Below, piece by piece: positions 48,335-57,654 of a stretch of DNA of 64,000 nt. Made by a program: the position numbers and the translations under genes. The notes beneath the pieces were generated by a model, which did no database searches, was not told the origin of the DNA, and was given only the letters and a program-made list of their open reading frames with translations. The stretch comes from Chloroflexota bacterium (GTDB lineage Bacteria; Chloroflexota; UBA11872; VXOZ01): the NCBI GenBank assembly GCA_963663275.1, contig OY760183.1:672001-736000 (forward strand), written 5' to 3'. Within the stretch, counting starts at the first letter, position 1, and the number at the start of each line of letters is the position of its first letter.

Positions 48335-48362
48335 GTAGGGGCGGTTCGCGAACCGCCCCTAC
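48335..48362. repeat. Family B REP
   Basis: Perfect palindrome identical to the copies at 1541 and 3499. Confidence 0.95.
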
Positions 48363-48387
48363 GTCGTGCCCGGCGGGGGACAAGCCC

Positions 48388-48564
48388 CAATGCTGTCGCA
48401 TTAACGTAGCGCGGGGGCTTGTCCCCCGCCGGAACAAGAAAAATGATAACGGAATGGATTGACCCTACGGAAGACGCAGGTTACGCGCACCTCCCGTGCG
48501 AACCTGCGCTACCGGAGAAACGAGCGTAGTTTTCATTTTCATTGCGTTTAATGCGAAAACCTTA
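48388..48564 (-). mobile_element. 177-bp MITE inserted in the centre of a family C REP, 11-bp target-site duplication GGGACAAGCCC
   Basis: Duplication at 48377-48387 and 48565-48575. Removing the element and one duplicate restores GCGGGGGACAAGCCCCCGCGCTAC. Confidence 0.88.
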
Positions 48565-48627
48565 GGGACAAGCCCCCGCGCTACAGAGCCCACCATCGGC
48601 TTGGGAGTACCGTGCAAACGTAAAGGC

Positions 48628-49869
48628 TCAAACCGGCTCCGCAGCTTTCTCCACACTGAACGCCCCGTGCACTTTCGCCACGGCGTCCACGACCTGCCGC
48701 ATGTCCCGTTCTTCCGCCAGCAGTGCGTTTTGGGGTAGCCAGACCCCTTCATGGTGGGCGATGCGGTCGGTGTTGGGCAAGGGGCGGTCAAGTGGATCAT
48801 CCGCGCGGCCGAGCTTCTGCAGGATGTCGCGCACTGAATTCTTGACCGCGTTCTGCTCGTGGCAGGGCCAGTCGTAGCCGGGCGAGCAGGGGATGCCTTC
48901 CGCGTTGAGCGCCTGGATGAACGCGGCGCGGTCGTGGCCGCCAAACGCCGCCTGGTCGTAGCGCAGCATGTAGAGGTGGTGGGCGTGGCCGGTCACCTCC
49001 GGCGGACGGTGTTGGGGCGTGATGCCGGGTATCGCCCCCAGATGGGTATCCAGATAGCGGGCGTTGGCATCGCGCCGCGCCATTTGCTCGGGCACGCGGG
49101 TCAATTGCGCCCGCAGCAGCGCGCCGTGGAACTCGCTCAGGCGGTAGTTCCAACCCAGCCGCTCGTGCTGGTACCAGGCGCCTTCCCGCAGGCGGCCCAC
49201 GTTCATCACCGACCACGCCAGTTCGGCCAACTCCTGGTCGTTGGTGCAAATCGCGCCGCCTTCACCGGCATTGAGGTTCTTGCTCGATTGGAAGCTGAAA
49301 CTGCCTAGGTCGCCGATGCCGCCCGCGCCCTGGCCGCGCCAGGCCGCGCCGTGGGCCTGGGCCGCGTCTTCCAGCACGCGCAGGCCGTGTTTCCGCGCTA
49401 CCGCCAGGATGCCGTCCATATCGGGCGGTTGGCCGGCGATGTGCACGGGTATGATGGCTTTGGTGCGCGGCGTGATGGCGGCTTCTACCGAGGCGGGATC
49501 AAGCTCGAACGTGTCCGGGTCGATGTCGGCAAAGACCGGAATCGCGCCCAGGAAGAGCGGCGCGGCGGGCGTGGCCACGAACGTGTACGACGGCACGATC
49601 ACCTCGTCGCCAAATCCCACGTCCAGCACGCGCAGGCCGAGTTCCAGCGCGCACGTGCCGTTCACGACGGCAATGCAGTGCTTCGTGCCCTGGAAGGCCG
49701 CGAATTCCTCCTCGAACGCGACCACCTGCGTACCGGCGTTGCGCCCCCACACGCCGGAGCGCAATACCTCCAGCAGCGCCTTCTCATCCGCGCCTTCCCA
49801 GACCGGCCAGGCGGGAAACGCAGTCGTTCGCACCGGCGTGCCGCCGTCGCGGGCAAGTTTTTCATTCAT
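48628..49869 (-). CDS. DegT/DnrJ/EryC1/StrS family aminotransferase
   Basis: Motifs VNGTCAL, IIPVHIAG, EDAAQAHGA and SFSFQSSKNLNAGEGG. Confidence 0.92.
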   Translation of the reverse strand: MNEKLARDGGTPVRTTAFPAWPVWEGADEKALLEVLRSGVWGRNAGTQVVAFEEEFAAFQGTKHCIAVVNGTCALELGLRVLDVGFGDEVIVPSYTFVATPAAPLFLGAIPVFADIDPDTFELDPASVEAAITPRTKAIIPVHIAGQPPDMDGILAVARKHGLRVLEDAAQAHGAAWRGQGAGGIGDLGSFSFQSSKNLNAGEGGAICTNDQELAELAWSVMNVGRLREGAWYQHERLGWNYRLSEFHGALLRAQLTRVPEQMARRDANARYLDTHLGAIPGITPQHRPPEVTGHAHHLYMLRYDQAAFGGHDRAAFIQALNAEGIPCSPGYDWPCHEQNAVKNSVRDILQKLGRADDPLDRPLPNTDRIAHHEGVWLPQNALLAEERDMRQVVDAVAKVHGAFSVEKAAEPV

Positions 49870-49900
49870 GTGTGCTACTCCCGGGTGTCACTTGCTGCGC

Positions 49901-50102
49901 GTAGGGGCACGACATGTCGTGCCCCTACGCCTCCAATTTCCAACGCGCGGGTTGCCTCTCTCTGCGCGCAATGTCCCGCAGCATTAACGTAGCGCGGGGG
50001 CTTGTCCCCCGCAACGGCGAAGGACCGGACCCGTCATGCCGGCGGCAGCCGGCATCCATCTTCGCCATGCTCCTTGGACTCCGGCCTGCGCCGGAGTGAC
50101 GG
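49901..50102. repeat. Repeat cluster: family A REP 49901-49928, family C REP 49989-50012, inverted family D doublet 50031-50102
   Basis: Direct sequence match to the respective families. Confidence 0.85.
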
Positions 50103-50180
50103 AGGGAATGTCCGCACTCCCGGCGAGGCTGTGATGCTGCGAGGCTGAGCGGAGCGTGCTCTCCTTGAATTATACGCCGC

Positions 50181-50861
50181 TTAGCGCACGCCCACAGCGC
50201 GCACCGCCAGCGTGAACTCGCCGCGCGGTTGATTCTCCGCAAAGTGCGCCAGCATCTCCGTCAGCGTGCCGCGCAGGATCTCTTCGTGGAGCTTGGTCAA
50301 CTCCCGCGCGACGACCACTTCGCGATCTCCCAGGCATTCATGGCAAACTTCCAGATCATCGACCAAGCGATAGGGCGAGGCGTAGATCACGAGGGTGAAC
50401 GGCAGATCCGCCACGCTCTCCAGCAGGCGCTTGCGGCGGGACGTCCGCCGCGGCAGGAAACCCAGAAAGCAGAACATGCTCCCCGGAAACCCGGCTATGG
50501 AGACGGCGGCCGCGGTCGCGGTTGGGCCGGGAACCGGTACCGCCGGAATCCCCTGCGCCACGGCGGCGGCGATGAGCGGCTGTCCCGGATCGGCTATGCC
50601 CGGCGTGCCGGCGTCCGTGACCAGCGCGACGTTCTTGCCCTGCGCCAGTTTACTGAGGATGCGCTCCAGGCGGGCCGTGCCGCTATGGGCGTGAAAGCTG
50701 GTGAGCGGCGTGTGTACGTCCAGATGCGCCAGTAGTTTGCGGGTGTGGCGCGTATCCTCGGCGGCAATCTCGTCCACCTCGCGCAGGATGCGCACCGCGC
50801 GCAGGGTAATGTCTTCCAGGTTGCCGATGGGGGTGGCTACCACGTAGAGCGTGCCGGGCAT
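50181..50861 (-). CDS. rsmI: 16S rRNA (cytidine1402-2'-O)-methyltransferase
   Basis: Motifs LYVVATPIGNLEDITLRA, AAEDTRHT, DAGTPGIADPG, ARELTKLHEE and RGEF. Confidence 0.95.
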   Translation of the reverse strand: MPGTLYVVATPIGNLEDITLRAVRILREVDEIAAEDTRHTRKLLAHLDVHTPLTSFHAHSGTARLERILSKLAQGKNVALVTDAGTPGIADPGQPLIAAAVAQGIPAVPVPGPTATAAAVSIAGFPGSMFCFLGFLPRRTSRRKRLLESVADLPFTLVIYASPYRLVDDLEVCHECLGDREVVVARELTKLHEEILRGTLTEMLAHFAENQPRGEFTLAVRAVGVR

Positions 50862-51025
50862 CGTCTTGGTCGCGCCTTTCTCAGTCCCGCCGCCGGAGAT
50901 ATGAGACGAAGCCACATCGAAGAGGAATCACCCTCACCCTTGCCCTCTCCCTCGATGGAGAGGGGATGCCGCGCACACGATCCACGTATCGCAAGTCGTG
51001 CGCCACCGCGAAAATTGCGGTCCCG

Positions 51026-51886
51026 TCAGCGCCCCCAGTCGCGCGGGTAGCGGAAGTCGCGCTCGATGGTGCGTTGCGAGAGCTTGGCGATGATCGGCGG
51101 CCGCCTCTTGTACTGCATGGACCGCACCAAACGGGTTACGTCCCCCACAAACTCCTCATCGAACCCCGCCGCCATAAGTTCGCCGGGACGGTAACGCTCG
51201 TCCACAAGGAGGTAGAGTAGGTGATCGACGTCTTCATACGAAAACCCCAGTTCGCCCTCGTCGGATTGCCCCGGCCAGAGATCGGCACTCGGCGGTTTTT
51301 CGATGATTTGCTGCGGGATTCCCAAATGGCGGGACAACTGCCGCACCTGGGTCTTGTAGAGATCGCCAATCGGATTCACCGCGCTCGCCATGTCGCCGTG
51401 CAGCGTGCTATAGCCCAGGAGCAGTTCCGTCTTGTTGCTCGTGCCCAGCGGAAGGCTTTCGAACGCGACCGATTGGTCGTAGAGTACTATCATCCGCGCT
51501 CGCGCCATGACGTTGCCCTGTCGCTTCACGTCCATATCCGGGAAATCGGCAAAGTAAGAGTCGACCAGCGGCGTGATCTCGATAAGCTTGGACGAAATGC
51601 CGAGCGACTCCACCACGGTTTCGGCATCAGCTTGGCTATCGGGATTCGATTCACGATACGGCAGCAGGAGCGCGAGGACGTTTTCGGCCCCCAGCGCGCT
51701 GGCCGCCAGGTAGGCGGAAAGCGCGGAGTCGATACCGCCGGACAGGTTTAGCACGGCGCGGGTAAAGCCGAACTTGTGCACCTCATTGCGTATGAAGCTG
51801 TGCAAAATCTCCACGGTGAGCGGCAGATTGAGCTTGAGCGCTCCGTGCGCTTTCGCGATGAGTTCAATTGCTGCGTCATTCGTCAT
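51026..51886 (-). CDS. nadE: NAD+ synthetase (synthetase domain only)
   Basis: Motifs [31 protein letters not shown] and KPPSADLW. Confidence 0.93.
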   Translation of the reverse strand: MTNDAAIELIAKAHGALKLNLPLTVEILHSFIRNEVHKFGFTRAVLNLSGGIDSALSAYLAASALGAENVLALLLPYRESNPDSQADAETVVESLGISSKLIEITPLVDSYFADFPDMDVKRQGNVMARARMIVLYDQSVAFESLPLGTSNKTELLLGYSTLHGDMASAVNPIGDLYKTQVRQLSRHLGIPQQIIEKPPSADLWPGQSDEGELGFSYEDVDHLLYLLVDERYRPGELMAAGFDEEFVGDVTRLVRSMQYKRRPPIIAKLSQRTIERDFRYPRDWGR

Positions 51887-52767
51887 GTATATCGCTCGCG
51901 ATAGATGCGGCGCAATTCCCGATACGTCAGGTCCAGCCGTTCGTCGCGCAGCAGCGGCAGGAGCGACCGCTGGCGGCGCAAGGCGTCAGCCGAAATCTCA
52001 GCGGTGACCAGCGTCTCTTCGAAGTACGGCGCCCGCGCCAACACCGTGCCGTCGGGCCCAATGACCTCCGACCCGCCCCAGAAGTTCACGCCGTCTTCAT
52101 AGCCCACGCGGTTGCAGTACACCACAAAACTCGTGCACGTGCGGGCGTAGAGGTTGTTCAGGTTGTGCCAGGTCTCGGCGCTGCGCAGGTCTTGCGATTC
52201 GCCGGAGACGCCGCGTCCCGGCCCGCTGGAGATACCCAGAATCAGGTCCGCGCCATCGGCGTGAACGACGCTCACCGCCGAGGGATGCCAGAAGTCCTCG
52301 CAGATCAGCGCGCCCAGGCGGCCAAAGCGCGTGTCGAAGGCGCGCAGGTGCTCGCCGGCCGCCAGATACCGACCCTCGTCGAACATGCCGTACGTGGCCA
52401 GGTACACCTTGCGGTGCACGTGGCGCACCCGCCCGGCCTCCACGTACACACCGCTATTGTAGAAGCGCCGGTCGGCGGATTCCTCCACCATGCCGAAGAG
52501 CAGGCTCATGCGCCCACCGGCGGCGATGAGCGGCTCCAACCGCGCATTGTCCACGCGCATGGCCGTCTCCGCGACCAGGTCTTCCAGGAAATACCCGTTC
52601 AGAGAAAGCTCCGGAAACACCAGCAGGTCCACGGCTTGCTCCTCCGCCCGCGCAATGACGTCCAGATGCTTCCGCAGGTTGCGCGGCACGTCACCCAGGT
52701 GGGGATTGATCTGCGCCAGGCCGATGCGGAATGACTGTAGCGGATTCTGCGTGCGTTCGGGGAGCAT
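51883..52767 (-). CDS. Carbon-nitrogen hydrolase (nitrilase family), likely the glutaminase partner of NadE
   Basis: E-K-C triad in VFPELSL, HRKVYL and LICEDFWH. Overlaps nadE by 4 bp. Confidence 0.85.
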   Translation of the reverse strand: MLPERTQNPLQSFRIGLAQINPHLGDVPRNLRKHLDVIARAEEQAVDLLVFPELSLNGYFLEDLVAETAMRVDNARLEPLIAAGGRMSLLFGMVEESADRRFYNSGVYVEAGRVRHVHRKVYLATYGMFDEGRYLAAGEHLRAFDTRFGRLGALICEDFWHPSAVSVVHADGADLILGISSGPGRGVSGESQDLRSAETWHNLNNLYARTCTSFVVYCNRVGYEDGVNFWGGSEVIGPDGTVLARAPYFEETLVTAEISADALRRQRSLLPLLRDERLDLTYRELRRIYRERYT

Positions 52768-53168
52768 GAGTGCGCCGCTAATTCCTTATTCGATTTACAG
52801 GTTAGTCACGCAAGACTCTAGCGCTTCAGTTACCCACATTGTAGCTGTCTGACACCTGTACGGGCTAGTGATTGAAAAGCCACGGTGTTAATGGCATTCT
52901 AGCAGCGTGCTTGCCGGAGAATTTCCCAGTCTCAGTGATAACGCACGAGGACTTGGCACTTGCAACCTTCCAGTTGAACGCTATTGCGCAAATGGAAACA
53001 CAGTATAATTGAACACAATGTGCGGCTCCTGTAACAGAAGCATGGTGGAATGGTGTCCGTACCTTCCTATACCAGAGTCATCATCCAAATTCAGAGTCTT
53101 GATCTGTCTCATGACTGCGTTCTTGGTGTAAACTGTTACGGTAAGGAAGAATAGAGAAGGAGGGTGAC

Positions 53169-53420
53169 ATGGGAATCCTTGAAAGAGAGATTGCAGTCTT
53201 CGAAGGCATGCGCGACCTTCTGGAACGCGATCACCTTTACAAATGGGTGGTCATCTACGGCGAGGAACTCTGTGGAATCTATGATGATTTCCAGGATGCT
53301 GCTGCAGATGCGACCGTGCGGTTCGGTCGGGGTCCTTACCTCATCAGGCAAGTAGGGGCTCCTCCTGCAACCTTACCCGCATCTCTGCAATTCAGACCTG
53401 TAAATTATGCCGACAACTAG
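53169..53420 (+). CDS. Small DUF5678-like protein
   Basis: LEREIAVFE..LLERDHLYKWVVIYGEELCGIYDDFQDA...RFGRGPYLIRQVG. Overlaps the downstream protease gene. Confidence 0.65.
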   Translation: MGILEREIAVFEGMRDLLERDHLYKWVVIYGEELCGIYDDFQDAAADATVRFGRGPYLIRQVGAPPATLPASLQFRPVNYADN

Positions 53421-53889
53421 ATTTGGATTCGACGACACCGACTCTCAGTCCGGCCAAGACCTACTGGTGACGTTCGGCCCAACTCTATTTGTGCAAATTG
53501 GGTTTGATCCGGCATTCCAGCCAGGGCTGTCCTCTCGTCCAAAACTGCCACAGCTTGAGTTACCCGCGCTAGTGGATACCGGTGCAACTGAGAGTTGCAT
53601 TGACTCCGCTTTGGCGCGAGAACTGCAATTGCCCGAAGTTGATACAGGGTTGATTTCGGGCGTACAGGGGAGAAGCGAAGCTGTCTTCTATGTGGCACAG
53701 ATACTCGTCCCAAATCTGAACTGGACCATTTACGGTAGGTTCTCTGGAGTGCACCTTACTGCAGGCGGCCAACCGCACTCCGCACTCCTTGGCAGAACGT
53801 TCCTTCGAAATTTCGCCCTAACCTATGAAGGCAGAACAGGGGAAGTGATAATTGGGAACGACGTAGACCCACTACAGGGCGTTGTGTGA
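53407..53889 (+). CDS. Retropepsin-like (clan AA) aspartic protease
   Basis: Motifs ALVDTGATESCID and ALLGRTFL. Confidence 0.85.
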   Translation: MPTTRFGFDDTDSQSGQDLLVTFGPTLFVQIGFDPAFQPGLSSRPKLPQLELPALVDTGATESCIDSALARELQLPEVDTGLISGVQGRSEAVFYVAQILVPNLNWTIYGRFSGVHLTAGGQPHSALLGRTFLRNFALTYEGRTGEVIIGNDVDPLQGVV

Positions 53890-54024
53890 GGTTTCTCAAA
53901 GTCATCCCGTACTCCTGCTAGCACAACGCATCAATTTACTCTTCGCATTGGCTTGCTCAGTAAGTGTGTCTCTGTCTGAGGATAGACCCCAAGTAAAGGG
54001 ACGTTGCGGGAAGGTAAAGCACCC

Positions 54025-55059
54025 ATGGCAGCCACGTACCGGGTAGGCATCGTCGGTCTCGGGCGCGTAGCCGGCGGCATTCAGGAAGAAGTGGCCGGTT
54101 ACGCCGGGCGCATGTTGCTGCCTTATTCCCACACGCACGCCTACGCTGCCGTGCCCCAGACCCGCGTCTGCGCCGTCGCCGACGTGGATTCGCAAAAGAC
54201 CGCAACCTATCTGGAGCAATGGCAGCCGGAGTTCGGCGCCATCGCGGCCTACGCCTCCTATGAAGAGATGCTGGCGACTGAAGACCTCGACGTCGTCAGC
54301 GTCTGCACCCACGCGCCGCTGCACGCGCCGGTCACGCTGGCGGCGGCACAAGCGGGCGTGAAGGCGGTCTTCTGCGAGAAGGCCATGGCTACCAGTCTCG
54401 CCGAGGCCGACGCCATGATCGCCGCCTGCGACGGGCGCAACGTGAAACTCGTGATCAACCACACCCGTCGCTGGGATCCTTTCTACGAAACGGCGCGCGC
54501 GCTGCTCGCCGAGGGGCGCATTGGCAGTGTCCGCACGGTCTCTGCCCACTTCGGCGGCACGCTGTTGCACACCGGCGTTCACTGGCTGGACGCGATGCTG
54601 CTCTTCAGCCAAAGCCCGGCCGTGTGGGTAGCGGGCGCGCTCGCGCCCGGGGCCGACACCGCCAGGGACGCCGGCGGCACGGCCGTCGTGGGTTTTCGCA
54701 ACGGCGTGATGGGCTTCATCGACGGCCAGAGCGGCCCCGTCTTCGAGATCGACGTCATCGGCACCGCCGGCCGCCTGCGCTTGAGCAACAGCGACGCGGA
54801 GTTCTTCACGTTCGATTCCGCCACGCGCACAATGGTCAAGCGGCCGTTCCCGCTGGTCGCGTACCCGCGCAGCGGCATGCAGGGCGCGGTGGAGGAGATC
54901 GTGCGCTGCATCGAGCACGACCGGCCCAGCCGCGCCGAAGGCCGCGTGGGCCGCGCCGCGCTGGAACTCGCGCTGGCGGTCTACGCCTCTCATGCGTCCA
55001 ATGGCGCGCGCGTACCCCTGCCGCTGGCGGACCGCGAGCGCGTGGTGCTCTCCCGCTGA
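54025..55059 (+). CDS. Gfo/Idh/MocA oxidoreductase
   Basis: Motifs GIVGLGRVA, VSVCTHAPLH, FCEKAMA, NHTRRW and HTGVHWLD. Confidence 0.9.
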   Translation: MAATYRVGIVGLGRVAGGIQEEVAGYAGRMLLPYSHTHAYAAVPQTRVCAVADVDSQKTATYLEQWQPEFGAIAAYASYEEMLATEDLDVVSVCTHAPLHAPVTLAAAQAGVKAVFCEKAMATSLAEADAMIAACDGRNVKLVINHTRRWDPFYETARALLAEGRIGSVRTVSAHFGGTLLHTGVHWLDAMLLFSQSPAVWVAGALAPGADTARDAGGTAVVGFRNGVMGFIDGQSGPVFEIDVIGTAGRLRLSNSDAEFFTFDSATRTMVKRPFPLVAYPRSGMQGAVEEIVRCIEHDRPSRAEGRVGRAALELALAVYASHASNGARVPLPLADRERVVLSR

Positions 55060-55223
55060 CGCGCCGTGAGCGGAAGCGCCGTTTCCGCTATCATGGTGCT
55101 GGGTACCGCATAAGCGATCTGCGGTACAGCATTTCTTTTATGGACGCTTTGTATACGTTTGACCCGCGTGTGGAATGGGGTCAAGAAGAGGAAAGACCCC
55201 CTCACCCCGGCCCTCTCCCTCAG

Positions 55224-55319
55224 AAGACCTTTGCATTACCTCGCTGAGAGGCGAACAGTTCCCTCTCCCCAGGGAGAGGGAGTTTCAATGCGCGCCGACC
55301 GGGGTTACGCAAAGGTCTC
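55224..55319 (+). mobile_element. 96-bp MITE with the ends of the 140-bp family but different cargo, target-site duplication CTCAG, inside a family F hairpin
   Basis: AAGACCTTTGCATTAC...GTTACGCAAAGGTCTC. CTCAG at 55219-55223 and 55320-55324. The right end is duplicated again to about 55371. Confidence 0.8.
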
Positions 55320-55406
55320 CTCAGGGAGAGGGAGTCTGAGCGCGCGCCGACCTATGTTACGCAAAGGTCTCCCCAGGGAGAGGGGGCTTTTTGCCTCCCG
55401 GCGTGT

Positions 55407-55546
55407 GCTATGCGTGGGGCAGGTATGAGCTATGCGTGGGGCAGGTATGAGCTATGCGTGGGGCAGGTATGAGCTATGCGTGGGCTAGGTATGAGCTATG
55501 CGTGGCCCAGGTATGTGCTAAGCGTGGGGCAGGCATGAGCTATGCG
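55407..55546. repeat. 22-bp tandem repeat GCTATGCGTGGGGCAGGTATGA, about 6.4 copies
   Basis: Units at 55407, 55429, 55451, 55473, 55495 and 55517, plus a partial unit. Confidence 0.92.
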
Positions 55547-55605
55547 AAGGTCCTTATCTATGTGAAGATCGCCGATAGCAGAGCAAGTCAATAGAGGATT
55601 GTGCA

Positions 55606-56943
55606 ATGGTACGAACCGAGCAGAGCGCGGCGCTGTTTGCCGCGGCCGAGGCCTACGCCCCGGGCGGCGTGCATACGTCCATCCGCAACGTCGAGCCCCG
55701 GCTGGTATTCAACCGCGCCGAGGGCGCCCGCATCTGGGACGCCGACGGCAACGAGTATCTCGACTACCACGCCGCATTCGGTCCCTTCATCCTGGGTCAC
55801 GTGCACCCTTTCGTCGTGCAGCGGGTTGAAGAAGCCCTGTGGGAGACCGACCTCTACGGCGTCGGCGCCACGCCGCAGGAAATCGCGCTCGCCAAGAAGG
55901 TAGTCGAGCACGTCCCTTCCATCGAGCAGGTGCTCTTCACGAATGCCGGGTCGGAGGCCACGTTCCACGCCTTGCGCGCGGCCCGCGCCTACACCGGCCG
56001 CCGGAAGATCATCAAGTTCCAGGGCTGCTACCACGGCTGGCACGACGCCGTGCTGCGCAACGTCATCAGCGCCCCGGACATGGTCGGCAAGCGCGACCTG
56101 CTCTCGGCGGGCATCATGGAAGAGACCGCCGACGCCACGCTCATCTGCGACTTCAACGACGCCGGCCAGGTAGAGGACACGCTCAAGCTGCACCCGGGCG
56201 AAGTGGCGGCCATCATCGTGGAGCCGATTCCCCACAACATCGGCTGTGTGCGCCCGCAGCCGGGCTTCCTGGAGGCGTTGCGGGAGTTGTGCGACGCCCA
56301 CGGCGTCGTGCTCATCTTCGACGAGGTGATCACCGGCTTCCGGCACGGCCTCGGCGGCTACCAAGCGGTCGCGGGCGTCACGCCGGACCTCACTACCCTG
56401 GGCAAGGCCATTGCCAACGGCTTTCCACTGGCGGCAATTGGCGGCAAGCGGGAGATCATGGCGCGTTTCAACACGGCGCCCGGCGGCGATACCTTCTTTG
56501 CCGGCACGTATAACGGCCACGCCGTCGGCACCGTGGCCGCCCTCGCCACCATCGAGGTCATGGAAACGCAGGGCGTGCACGCGGAGGTCTTCCGCCTAGG
56601 CGACCGCGTCCGCGCCGGCCTGACGGAGATCATGGCGGATGCCGGCGTGCCCGCCGTGGTGGAAGGATTCGGCTCGGTCTTCCTTACCTATTTCATGGAG
56701 GGGCCGGTGCGCAACTTCACCGACCTCCTGCGGAACGACGCCGACTTCTTCGTGCGCTATCGCCGCGAGTGCGTCGAGCGGGGCGTCTTCAAGCTGCCCA
56801 TGAACATCAAGCGCAACCACGTCAGCTTCGCCCACACCGACGCCGACATCGACCGGACGCTGCAAGTGGCGGAGGACGCCGTGCACGCGCTCCTGCGCCA
56901 AGGCGTGCGGCCGGAACCCAGCGGCGCGCTGGCCGTAACGTAA
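55606..56943 (+). CDS. Class III aminotransferase (glutamate-1-semialdehyde aminomutase-like)
   Basis: Motifs WDADGNEYLDY, NAGSEAT, KFQGCYHG, LIFDEVITGFR, LGKAIANG and GTYNGH. Confidence 0.88.
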   Translation: MVRTEQSAALFAAAEAYAPGGVHTSIRNVEPRLVFNRAEGARIWDADGNEYLDYHAAFGPFILGHVHPFVVQRVEEALWETDLYGVGATPQEIALAKKVVEHVPSIEQVLFTNAGSEATFHALRAARAYTGRRKIIKFQGCYHGWHDAVLRNVISAPDMVGKRDLLSAGIMEETADATLICDFNDAGQVEDTLKLHPGEVAAIIVEPIPHNIGCVRPQPGFLEALRELCDAHGVVLIFDEVITGFRHGLGGYQAVAGVTPDLTTLGKAIANGFPLAAIGGKREIMARFNTAPGGDTFFAGTYNGHAVGTVAALATIEVMETQGVHAEVFRLGDRVRAGLTEIMADAGVPAVVEGFGSVFLTYFMEGPVRNFTDLLRNDADFFVRYRRECVERGVFKLPMNIKRNHVSFAHTDADIDRTLQVAEDAVHALLRQGVRPEPSGALAVT

Positions 56944-57048
56944 CGTTGGCGGCGCGCGCAGTTGCCGCGCCGCCGCAATCACGGTATGGTGAGTAGCCAG
57001 TGATAGCACCGCGCGGCGGGCGGCAGCGCGCCGCCGGAGGATTTCTTC

Positions 57049-57654
57049 ATGCCCGTCGGCTTCGCCACCCAGTTGACGCTCTTGCGTATCGCCCTTGCGC
57101 CGCTCATCATGTATCTCGTCATTTGGGGCCAGGGCACGCCGCACTGGTATTGGCTGGCGGCCTGTTTGCTGGCGGTAGCCGCGGCCACGGATTGGCTGGA
57201 CGGTTTCGTGGCCCGCCGCAGCGATACCGTTTCGGCGGTGGGGGCCTCGCTGGACCTGGTGGCGGATAAAGTCCTGGTTGCCGTCGTCTTGATCGCGCTG
57301 GTGCAGGTGGGCCTGCTGCCCGGCTGGTGGGCGGCCCTCGTCGTCAGCCGCGAAATGGCGGTCACCGGCCTGCGGGGCCAGGCCGCGGCCAAAGGCATCG
57401 CCATTCCGGCCGGGCCCACCGGCAAGCTCAAGACCGCCGTCACCTTCATCGCCTTGGTCGTGCTCCTGCTCTGGCAGAGCATCGTCAGCGACGCGCTGCT
57501 CGGGCTGGCGCTCATCCTCACGCTCTACTCCGGGGCGGAGTACCTCTACACCGGTATGCGCAAGATACGCCAGGCCGCCAACGCCCCGGCCGCGGCTGAT
57601 TCGCCTTCACAGACACCCGCACAGACAGCACACGAGGAGGTCCAAGTGAAATGA
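57049..57654 (+). CDS. pgsA: CDP-diacylglycerol--glycerol-3-phosphate 3-phosphatidyltransferase
   Basis: Motifs LTLLRI, TDWLDGFVARR...G..LDLVADK, REMAVTGLR and GKLKT. Confidence 0.85.
   Translation: MPVGFATQLTLLRIALAPLIMYLVIWGQGTPHWYWLAACLLAVAAATDWLDGFVARRSDTVSAVGASLDLVADKVLVAVVLIALVQVGLLPGWWAALVVSREMAVTGLRGQAAAKGIAIPAGPTGKLKTAVTFIALVVLLLWQSIVSDALLGLALILTLYSGAEYLYTGMRKIRQAANAPAAADSPSQTPAQTAHEEVQVK

Noticed and set aside
52780-53160. oriC in the AT-richer intergenic region
   Set aside because: Only one imperfect DnaA-box-like 9-mer (TTACCCACA near 52829) was seen and no dnaA is nearby. The region is better explained as part of the acquired islet.
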